A stretch of 64,000 bases of DNA from Asterias rubens (Eukaryota): the NCBI RefSeq assembly GCF_902459465.1, contig NC_047073.1, forward strand, positions 11,842,001 through 11,906,000, written 5' to 3'. How positions within the stretch are numbered: the stretch's first letter is position 1; each line of letters opens with the position of its first letter. Both the position numbers and the translations under genes were made by a program. Below the pieces are notes generated by a model. That model saw only the letters and a program-made list of their open reading frames with translations. It searched no databases and was not told the origin of the DNA. Positions 13,199 to 24,300 of the stretch are shown piece after piece.

Positions 13199-13204
13199 AA
13201 TAAA
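13199..13204 (+). terminator. Candidate polyadenylation signal of SCP2
   Basis: First AATAAA 46 nt after the stop codon. Confidence 0.4.
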
Positions 13205-13591
13205 GGTAGCATATAGAACATCAAGGTTGTCTTTTAAGTCCGATTTGCAAATGATTTGCAACTATGGTTGGTTCATAGGTGTTATCAGAGTTAAATTAGC
13301 TTTCAGACATTGCTTTCAGGCAAACCTTATGGACTTAGACCTAACCTGCTTGTGTGTTTAACAATACTCAATATTGAGGAATTGAGGTATGACCTGAAGG
13401 CAAATCACTGGGATATAAAAAAATAAGAAATTTTGTCTGGTCTGGTTATCCACTTGTTATTCCTGATCAATTATTGTTTATCTGTACGGTGCTAACAATT
13501 ATGTTTAGATTTATGGTGGTGGTTGTACAACACATTATAATCTGCACCTTGTATTGCTGCCGGCTAGCATTTCCTGGCAGGCAAGATACTA

Positions 13592-14671
13592 AACTGCTCA
13601 CAAAAAGTAAGGAAACTTTTTTCAATTTGTTATTATTTAATACTCTCTTTGTATATGGTATATATCAATGGAAAGCTGAACTGTACCTCTTTAAAATGAT
13701 ACCACATTTGCAATGATAACATGTTGCTGAACTTGGCTACACGAATAACAATGAGGCAAAGTCACAAATCAAATGTGCCAAAATTACCGTTGTCTGTGAT
13801 TGGTCATTAGGTAATGCTCAATAATCGAACCGATCAAGCTTTTCAGAACCATTAATGGTTTACACGATGCACCAGTGAGCTCATCGGACACAATTAACCC
13901 TCATCTCATGAAAAACACCTTGTTTGATGGGTATTTGCAAGACGATATTCTACAGCCGAATGCAGTCCCATACTTGCAGACTCTTGGACCAAATGCCATC
14001 TTTCAAGATGACAACGCTCGCCCCCATCGAGCCCTACTTGTGACTGACTACCTGAAAAATGTTGGGGTGCACCGGATGGATTGGCCTGCTAACAGTCCAG
14101 ACCTGAATCCCATGGAACATCTGTGGGACCAGCTTGGCCTCACTGTCCACGCCAGAACCACCAACACATCAACTGTGGCTGACCTAACCAGGTTCCTTAA
14201 TAAAGAATGGAACGCCATCCCTCATCATAAGTGCATCACAAAACTTGTGTGCAGCATGAGAAGAAGGTGCCAGGCTGTCATCAACGCCTTCGGATCATCC
14301 ACTTGTTACTGAACTGTTTGTATCAATAAAGTGTATTAAGATCAGTAAGTTGTCTTGCTCTATACCAAACTTCTTGTCTCAATAAAGTGGATTAAGATCA
14401 GTAAGTTGTCTTGCTTGTTTGAATTACATTGTCAATTTGATTGTTCACACAGTAACACAAAATTGCTAATTTTGGCACATTTGATTTGTGACTTTGTCTC
14501 ATTCTTATTAACGTGGTCAAGTCCAGCAACATGTAATCATTGCAACTGTGGTATCATTTTAAAGAGGAACAGTTCAGCTTTGCATTGATATATACCATAT
14601 ACAAAGAGAGTATTAAATAATAACAAATATACTGGATTGAAAAAAAGTTTCCTTACTTTTTGTGAGCAGTT
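13592..14671 (+). mobile_element. Internally deleted Tc1-family transposon with ~200-bp TIRs
   Basis: TA|AACTGCTCACAAAAAGTAAGGAAAC ... GTTTCCTTACTTTTTGTGAGCAGTT|TA; imperfect TIRs about 13592-13786 and 14467-14671. Confidence 0.9.
13875..14312 (+). pseudogene. Tc1 transposase C-terminal remnant (D34E)
   Basis: FQDDNARPH...WPANSPDLNPMEHLW with 34 residues between D and E; N-terminal HTH and first Asp absent. Confidence 0.88.
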
Positions 14672-15705
14672 TAAAATGGTCATTGGGAAACTTGTACAAT
14701 TTTGGTGTCTTAATTTCCACTCTATTTTAAGAGTAACAAAAGTAATAGCTGGTTAAATTTTTAGTTATGCCTTCTTACATTATATCAAAAATTGATAAAA
14801 TCCAACAGTGCAATTAAAAAAAAAAATAGTACAAGATTTTAAATTTTCTTCCCTGTAAACAAATCATGCCTGCAGGAAAAGTCCAGGCTCTGGGGCTGAT
14901 TTGAAAACTTGTGATGTCATGTTATATAATGTTGGTCATGTTCCTGGTATTTATAAGTAATCCCCTAACTAATTCATCAACACATTACATGTTTAGCAAG
15001 ACAAGAGACCAGACTATTTTTTCATTTTTTTCCCCTAGCTTTGAGTAGTCTTTCAACCCTGTATTCATTAATTTGTTTTTGGGGACACAAAATTGTTTCT
15101 AATCCCAAGTTGTCGCAACCCTCGCAATCAATACAAAGCGCAGACCAAAGCAATAAGTTTGGATAAGCATTAAGTCTCATCTGCTGCTACCAATTGTCTC
15201 ATTTTCACCAGTGACCAGTGAAAAACACTTATGTATCCATGTGTTTGATGATAAAGATCACGAATCTAAGAAATTTGTAAATTTTAAATAAATTTATATG
15301 CAAATAAATGTAAATTAAGGAGCTTTCTTAGCCAAGTGCTTTAAACAACTTCAAGGGATATAATATTTGAATACATGAATATTCATCACTTGTAATTCTA
15401 TTGTTTTGGGTTTTTTTTTTTTACTTTGTGTACTTGTGATCTTTTTATTGCTTATTATAGTAAAGATTGATGACAAAAGTTAATTATTCTTTGTACAAAA
15501 AAATAATTATCAAGTCCAAGCATGTCCACTATAAAAATTAGTGTACCGAGTTACAATTGTGAATTTGTTTAACTTGGAGGTATCGGAGGTTTAAATAAAA
15601 GAATATAATTTTGACAAATCACCGATCAAATGTTTTTGTCTTATCTCATTTGTAGTAAGTTGTAAGTCTTGTCACCCAGTTCCTCAGAAAAAAAAATATA
15701 TATAA

Positions 15706-15868
15706 GGGGAATCAATGTGTGGTGAAGAGGTTTTCAACTAGTGGTTTAAACCCAACGAGGCCTGGTTCTTGATAATTTTACCGAGACGAAGTCAAGGTAA
15801 ATTATCAAGAACCAGGCCTTGGCGGGTTTAAACCACTAGTTGAAAACCGATTCAACACTTTGATTCCC
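15706..15868. repeat. Long near-perfect palindrome (non-autonomous element core)
   Basis: Arms 15729-15753/15824-15848 and 15758-15778/15799-15819 are exact reverse complements around CCGAGACGAAGTCAAGG. Confidence 0.8.
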
Positions 15869-18392
15869 ATTCATAAATACCTTTTCGGTCAAAAAACATC
15901 AACACTTTTGGTCAAAAAGTAAAATAAATGCAAAAATTATAATTGTTCAATGATTTCTTTCAACACAACACCCTAAAGCTATGAAATGGAATGGCCCTCC
16001 GCCGCCCTCGGGTAAACAACAACAGGGAATGCTGTGCGCGTGCGCATATCGCGTGATGTGGCACAACTGTCTCGGCCGTTGCTCTCGACCAATAGGAATG
16101 AAGAAACTGTCTTATAAGCACAGGTGCAAGCTCGCATGTCACGCCTATGTATAAACACTTTTTACTGGTCATAAACAAACGTTTATACACACCCACGTGA
16201 CGCGCTCTCCAACAAAAGGAATAGCGAAACTGTCTTGAGGTATTTATGAATATATATTTACAACTATAGGCACAATCTATTTCGATGAAATGACCCCCCC
16301 CCCCCCCCCCCCCGACCTGAAATGTTGACCGTAAAGTAAATATGGGTATTATCAAATTGTCTATTGATAAAAAGATGTCCCAGATGAAGTCACCTATAAT
16401 TTATGTACTGATTTTTTCTTCTCGGAAAATTTCATTCCAATGAGCCTCAAAAGAATAAAAGTTTTAGAATAATATGAAATTTTACAATGAAAAACCAAAG
16501 GTGTTTTTGAAGCTCAATATATTAACCATGCACAAACTAGAGTCGTCTGCAATCAAACTAAACCCTTTTCCTCCCATCATAAAACAAACGACAACTAGGA
16601 AGTATGCAAAGGGTACCTGACTAAATTGCAACACTTGTAACTGCCTCTATCCCGGCAGTGTGGTGTGAGCGAAACAATACTGAGAAGATATGCGGGGACG
16701 AGCGAAATATTTACACAGACAGTGGGAAAAGACATTGTGGTTCTTTTCAACGTGGTCCATCACTGTTCACCGGCTGTACGTAAAACTCTTGTGTATCTTT
16801 TTCATTTTAAGTCCGCAGTTATGGTTATAGTAAACTTCAGATTCTATTGTTTATTGATTTGTTCATTGGTGAATAGTTTAATGTGAAAAAGAGGAATACC
16901 GATTGAATAATAAAGTATAAAATCTAGGTTTTGTTTAGTACAATCTCAGCTCAGGCTGTGCATAGAGAAAGGGGCTGTGCTGTAGTACGCCTGTCATTTT
17001 GTATGGCAGAGTCGTCGTCGTGGCAGACGTCTTCTGTAATTCATAAGATACAATAGAGGGCGCGTGCAACACATTTATTCCAAACACAAAAGGCCTACTA
17101 ACTGTTAACAGTTATGTACTTGGTAGAATTTCGTCCTGAATCCTCCGCTGGGGAACTTGTAGTAAGAAGTAGGTCAGAAGAGTGTCGTCTAACTCTAATA
17201 AATAATACGATTTTTTGTTCTTGTTTATTAATATTATTATTATTACTATTATATTAAAATATTGGGCCTAGATTGTGAATGTAATTACTTTTGAAGGTTA
17301 TTCCACAATTTCAGAGTTCTTGGCAAAAAAACAATTTGTTGGTGGTTGATGAGATGCTGGGTATTTTGAACTGATTGTCATTGTCCTTTCTTGCCCTCTG
17401 CGGTTTTGATTCTAAAATGTGGCTGTGTTCGGCTTTGATACCATTGACCATCTTAATAAAGTGTTGTTAGCTGGTGAATTTGTCATTGACTCTGAAGTGT
17501 GTCCCAACCCAAGGATACGAGCATGCTGGAAGCACTGCTTGTGCGGGAGTAATCACCACAAAGAAGCGTGCAGCTCTTCTTTGCACCATTTCCAGTGATG
17601 TAATCTGGTTTGCTTTTTGTGGGGGTTCCAAGCAGCGGTGCCATATTGGAGGTGGGGTTTAACAGGGGTGACATAAAGTCTTTTAATGAAATCATCGTTT
17701 AAATCTCCTTTTTCACTTCACCATCTTTTTTTATAATTAAAACATCCTACTTAAAATAAATGAGGTTTGCGATAACATTACAGTACCATGTGAAAAGTTT
17801 TTTTGAATTGAATAGTGTTGGTCTGCAATGCATCGGTGGTGCAAAAAAGTGTTTCACATAAAATTTAAAATTTGCAACTTTTCATCTACACTAAATAAAA
17901 GTCACTACAATCCCTCAAAGACACGATTGGCGATGTTCATTTTATTACAACACAGATTACTGGAGAACAGATGTCTGTATCACACAAACGTCTAAACCAT
18001 TAAGAAGTTCTCGATGGGGGTCGTTCCATGTTTTTCAGTCCCTTCCTGTTTGCTTGGGTTTTCCCTGTTGGAGATTTTTGCCTCCCACATCTAAAAATTA
18101 ACAATTCTTCTTGTTTCCTGTCCAGCCTGTTTGAACTAAATGTACTTTTGGTTGTGTAATAAATAAATACACTTGGTTACGAGAAAGACTTTGCTAGGGT
18201 CAAAATGTCAGGCCATTAACTTTTTTTTGTATTTATTCCGTAGGTCCTTTTGGTTGGTAAGCAGTTTGCAGTCAGCTAATTCTATTTTCTCAAATAATTT
18301 AATTAAAACATCTTTTTTCATATTCTAATCTAGTGTACTTTCTCTTGGTGTTGTTGAAGTCCCGAACAGATCCCCAAGACAATTAACTCAAG

Positions 18393-21300
18393 ATGGCAAA
18401 CCCCATGATGCACGAGAATATTTGGTTTGACAAATCCAAGGTGGAGAGTGCCGAACGGACTTACCAGGAGCATCGTGCTAAGCAGGTTGATGGACTCGTA
18501 GTACAGGTGCGTTAAATCAACGAAGGCTGGTGCTAACCATGTTTTGTTTTTGCCCAAAATTACCTGCGCCCTTAGCTCGTAAATCATCAACTGGCCCTCG
18601 CAGGCACTCTGTTTACAGATTACAGTGGTACCACTTCAATATTTTCTTTAATAAATGAAAGTACATTTGAAATTCGGGACAATTTATATCTGATTTGGAA
18701 ATCACAGCCTTGTGCAAACAAATTCGCCTGGATTTTTCTAGGTGTGTGATTCCAAACCCAAACCCTCAATTTCAAACCCACTTGATAAACAGGGATTTGG
18801 TTTTCGTTGGTGGTGGGTGAAGCTGGGAATGTTGTTTTAAAAGCAAACCACATCACACGCTCATTATTTTTATCAATATTTTTCCCTCTTAAATATTATT
18901 GGTGCTGTGCTGTTGTGTGATTTTTGTCCCATTTGGATACTGAGATCAATAGATACTAACCTATTGACCCCTTGCAAAACGTGCACGCACTTACCTGCGC
19001 TATAGTTTTCCGCCATTTTGGGAGACAAGATGTACGCAAAGTAGTTGACCCCCAAAATTGTGGAAATGGTAGATCCACACTTTGCAAGGGTGCACTTCAC
19101 GTCTGCAGGGGGTCATTTGACCAAACTGTTTTAACTCAAAACAAATGTTGCATAGTTTTTTGGTGTTAAAATGTCGGGCTAACAACCTGTTGCTTTGAGT
19201 GTTTGTTTGTAAAGAAAATTCTAGTAAAGATATTAATTGACCCAGTTACTTCAAGGGTGTCGGCCGTCGCATAGGGCGACGCCCTTTGTGATGTGATGGC
19301 CAGAACACATACAGTACCTAAGTATGCACAGTCTATACAGAGTGGCAGGCTTACGTCATAGTGTGTTAATGTGCTCCTACTTACTCTCCAAATTATTTTG
19401 TAAAATCCCCACAAAAAAAAGAAAAATAATCAGTTGGCCCTTCAGTGCAGTCAGTCAAGGTTTATTTGCTGTGTTTTTTAAAGGTTAGGAAGTGATGCCT
19501 TTCATTATGTGTCTTTCTTATATTATTCATCTTTGAACATTTCTCACAGTGCGTTACATCATCTCACTAGGTTTCTAATTCCTATCTTTTTTTCTATGGT
19601 AAACCTGGATTAACTCACTGGGAGAAAGATCAGGCCTGATACTTCACGGAGGCAACGAAGGCGATTGCCTCCGTTGCCCCTGGTCATTGCCTTGGTGCCC
19701 TTGAAATGCTCCAGTAGAAATTTACAATTTACTCATAAGGTGCCCTTTACTAAAGGAGAAAATGCCTTGGTGCCCTTGGCCTTTCAAAAACGAAGCATAC
19801 AGGCCTGAAAGATGGTTGTCTTCTGAAAGTCATTTGCTTTTACATTCCCTCATCTTTTTTTTCTCTTGCAATATTAGCACCACACAAACAGATTGGATTT
19901 GAGAAATCTTTGTATCACTGTGTATAGAGAATAGTTTTTGGGGGAAAAGGGTCTTGCAAATGCTGTTGACTAAACTAAAAATGCTTGTTTGCCAGCAGTG
20001 GCTCTCACCCACCCCTGTAACAAGTCATAGTGCTGATTTCCGTCAGCAACAAATTGGCCTGGTTGGCTGTTCTTGGCAAATTAAGCTATGGTGTCAGGGT
20101 CTCTCGCTCACCTTTCATTGAACAATTTCTCTTGTAAAGCAGAGCTAAAAGTTTCACAAAATGTTTCCATTGCTACTCAAGATCTGTAACTCAATATCAG
20201 TATTGAGTGTGCACAAAATAAGTTCAGTCTAAATTTAATTCTTGAAAAAATTGCTTGACGAAATCGTTCTCTGACTTCACTTGTAACACTCTAGCCCATC
20301 ATTGCTTTTTGAGTCCGCTATTTTAGTAGATTCAATTTCTCTGTCATTGTTGTCTGTCAAAGCACATGTACTGCATTTTAATATAAAAAATATTTGTTAT
20401 TGAAATATCAAATTCATAAAGCACTAGAAGCAGCACCTTGATTTAAAAAGCAAATCAAATGCTCATTGCTGAAAACAGCAAAAAAAAAAAAAATTATAAA
20501 CAATTTGCATTGTGGGTTATTAGGTTGTTTATTACAGGAAAAAGGAAGTGGACCCCAAACTGCGCACTTATAAAATTTGCTGATACCCTAAGAGGGTTAT
20601 TTTTACATCAGGAAGCCTTGACTCCACCATCCATGCCACCAACCCCGTCCCCCACTTCAGTTTATAGCCCTTTTCACACTGTGCCTCTTATCCCCATGGA
20701 ACACAGCCCTTGGGAGGCCCCAGGAATTTGTTTACCCCCTCGGTTATCCCAGCGTAACCCAGCGCACGTTCAAACTGTCCTAGGTCCCTATTCCATAGGA
20801 TTCCGGCTGAACATTCCAAGAATACCCCATGGTTTTACCGCTTGCCCCTTCTCCAGAGCAGGGATAGCTATTCCCTGGAGTATGCCCATTAGCCGGGGTA
20901 GATCAGTGTTTGAGCAATCACAGTGTAAAATGGCCGGCCGTTATTTTGGCCCAGGGGAATAGATTAGTGTGAAAAGGGCTTAAAGGCAGTGGACATTATT
21001 GGTAATTACTCAAAATAGTTGATAGCATAAAACCTTTCTTGGTAACAAGTAATGGAGAGCAGTTGATAGTATGAAATATTGTGAGAAATGCTCCCTCTGA
21101 AGTAACGCAGTTTTCGAGAAAGAAGTCATTTTCCACGAATTTGATTTCGAGACCTCAGAATTAGATTTTGAGTTCTCGAAATCAAGCATCTGAAAGCACA
21201 CAACTTTGTGTGACAAGGGGGTGTTTTTTCTTTCATTATTATCTCGCAACTTCGACGACCAATTGAGCTCAAATTTTCACAGGTTTATTATTTTATGCAT

Positions 21301-24300
21301 ATGTTGATATATACACCAAGTGAGAAGACTGGTCTTTGACAATTACCAATAGTGTCCAGTGTCTTTAAACACACCTGTCGTTATTTCTGAACTCATTCTA
21401 CAGGCCTCCCAAGGCGGCCAGTCCGACCTAGCTGGCCAGATCGCACGTGCACGACAGACAATCACAAATACACTGAACACTGTGAGTAACAAAAACCCCA
21501 AACATGCTCAACGGACTAGCTCTACTCTTTCTTACTGTCAGTATGTTGTGCACCAACTTAAATATTGTGTATTTCTTGGGTCTCCCCCCTACATGTATGT
21601 TCCAACATCTCTATGTTTCAAGTCCCCTACATGTGTGTTTCAACTCCACTATGTTCCAATGCCCCTATGTTACAATGCCCCTAGTGCTCACTGCTCTATT
21701 GTATTTTCTTAAAGGAACACGTTGCCTTGGATCGGTCGAGTTGGTCTTTGAAAAGCGTTCGTAACCGTTTTTTATAAAATGCAAATGGGTAGAAAGATGT
21801 TGTAAAAGTAAAATACAATGATCCACACAAACATGCCTCGAAATTGCATAGTTTTCCCTTTACCCCGTCGACTAACACGGTCGGCCATTTATGGGAGTCA
21901 AATTTTTGACTCCCATAAAAGGAAAACCACGCAATTTCGAGGCAAATTTGTGTGGATCATTGTATTCTACTTTTAAAACATCTTTCCAGCCATATGCATT
22001 TTATAAAAAAACGGTTACAAACGCTTTTTATAGAACAACTCGTCCGATCCAAGGCAACGTGTTCCTTTAATCTTAACCTTGGCTCAAGCTCCAACCCTAA
22101 TCCTAGCATGTAAATCATCAGGGGGTTTCGGAGTGGGTTTTAGGAACAGGGGTGTTGGAACATAGTGGTGTCAGAATATCTATAGGGTTCTTCGGAATAT
22201 AGAGCAGTCACCGTTTCTTGTTATGTGATTGAAGAATCTTAGATCAATATATGTTGTCATCTTTCCCAAATCACTTGAGTTTCAAAATGTATATCACTTC
22301 TGTGGGCATGTACATGTTTTTTATTATCATTTGATTTTATGTTTTCACATCAGTGTCTTTAATTTCATTGAATGAAATTGGGGACAACCATGTTTGGAAA
22401 ATCATTTTGGTACTTAAAACACGCACTCCTCCTTAAGTATCAATTAATTATTGCATGTTTCATTGCATCAGTGTCAGCTACTTGTTTCGTTCCTTCCTTT
22501 CCCTCATTGACATTATGAATTTCCTCCCCTCCTGAAGGTATTAAAGACTGTTCAGGATTGTTAAAGATAAAACACATCATTGATCAATTTTAGTCTGAAA
22601 ACTTTAATGGAAATTTAGACGCAATTCAATCATCTGTGTGATGTTTTTTTTTTGTATTTTCAAATAATAAACCACCTATCTATCTTTATTCTTTATCTAA
22701 CTTACTGATTTATGAAGTTCATACCAGAATAATTTAATGTGAAATATTTTACTCTGAAATGAAGTCGTATTCAAGAAAACTTTATCTAAAAACCTAAAAG
22801 GTGCAACAGCTGATTTCAGTTGCTCCAAATCAAAAATGAAGGACAATGTTTTTTTACATGCTGACAATTGTGCATGTTTTCTTCTCACTATTTTCTCCCG
22901 ACTGACACAACGGATAAAGCCCAAACTTTCACAGGTTTTTTCATGTATGGTTGGTCACCCATAACATGAACACTGTCCGCAGCTATTTTGTTTTCCTTCA
23001 GTTTACACAAAAAGTTGACCTATTTAAATTATTTCTTTACAGTCACAACAAATTATGAACAATGAAAAAGTGCTGTATCGCCGTACCCCCAAAATGGTCC
23101 TTATGGTTGTTGACACCTTTTTTGTTTTTGGCTATTTTCATTGTATGTGAAGTTGGGGAGAAGTTGATTTGTTCATATACTTTAATAACCCTCTAACCTC
23201 TAATCTATACTTTGGCTGTGTAACTGTTTTTAGTTCAGATATGTGTGTAGTGAATCCTTGTACTAATATTGTGGACATATGTGTTGCGTACTAACTTTTG
23301 TCCTTGTGTTTTTGTTGATGCTAATAATCATTCAGAGCTGCCAACACCTGTCTGCAGAAAGTTCCCTGAAAATTTACAAATTTTTCCATGTTCTGATCGA
23401 CAAGTTTTAAGATCTTCCTGATCATGGTTCTCCACAGGGTTAAATCCTGCCCGATTGTCAAATTGCGCAAATTATTCTTGCATAATCGGCATATTGCGCT
23501 GTTGCGCAAACCATTCCTGCAGCCTGCTCTATCGGCAAATTGTGCAAACAATTCCTGCTATATTTTTGAACGGGCGCATTTGGTATTTTGAAAATACCCT
23601 TCCAAAACCATTTGAGCAGAACGCTGCTGACTATGGAAACTTTTTCCCTGTTATGTTGAATGAAACTTGACTATCCAGATTGTTGTACAAGTTCTCCCAG
23701 ATGGCAAGACACACATGTTGGCAGCTCTGAATAGGTGTGGTGTGTAGATTTGCTTGACTAATTTATTTTGATCTCAGTAATTTGTTTTGTTTATTTTTTC
23801 CAAAGAACAATTGTATACAGTTCCTGATTTGGAATTGTTTTTTGTTCTTGAAAAATCTTTTATAAATCAAACGTTTATCAAATTATGATGTCCCTTTTTT
23901 TTTTGGACAACAAATAATTGACAAAAATAGCATGTTGGTTAAGTGTAAAAGACCATGCAAGTCTTGCATGTTTTTGAAAATTTTCTTGGCCCTCTTTGGC
24001 CTCAATTACATTGCTTTAGCGCGTGAAGGAAACACTCTCGCACATGTTAACGGCTTCAAATGTTCGAATGTGCACAAGACTTGCACATGTCAGGTGTGTC
24101 TGTTGTTTACAGCAACACCTTTTACTTTTGAAAGATTGATGTAATTTTTGTCAAATTTATTATGAAATTGTTTAAAGGGTGTCGGCCTAGGAATTGGAAT
24201 GACAGTGGACAGTCCTGAACTAGCTGCAAGGTTGGGGGCTGTAGAGAAGGAGAATGCTGAACTTCGCCAAGGTAAGGGTCAAACCATTCTATGTATGTGT

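Noticed and set aside
17474-18392. N-terminally extended (long-isoform) EEF1D
   Set aside because: In-frame TAA at 18384 lies within the same exon upstream of the ATG.
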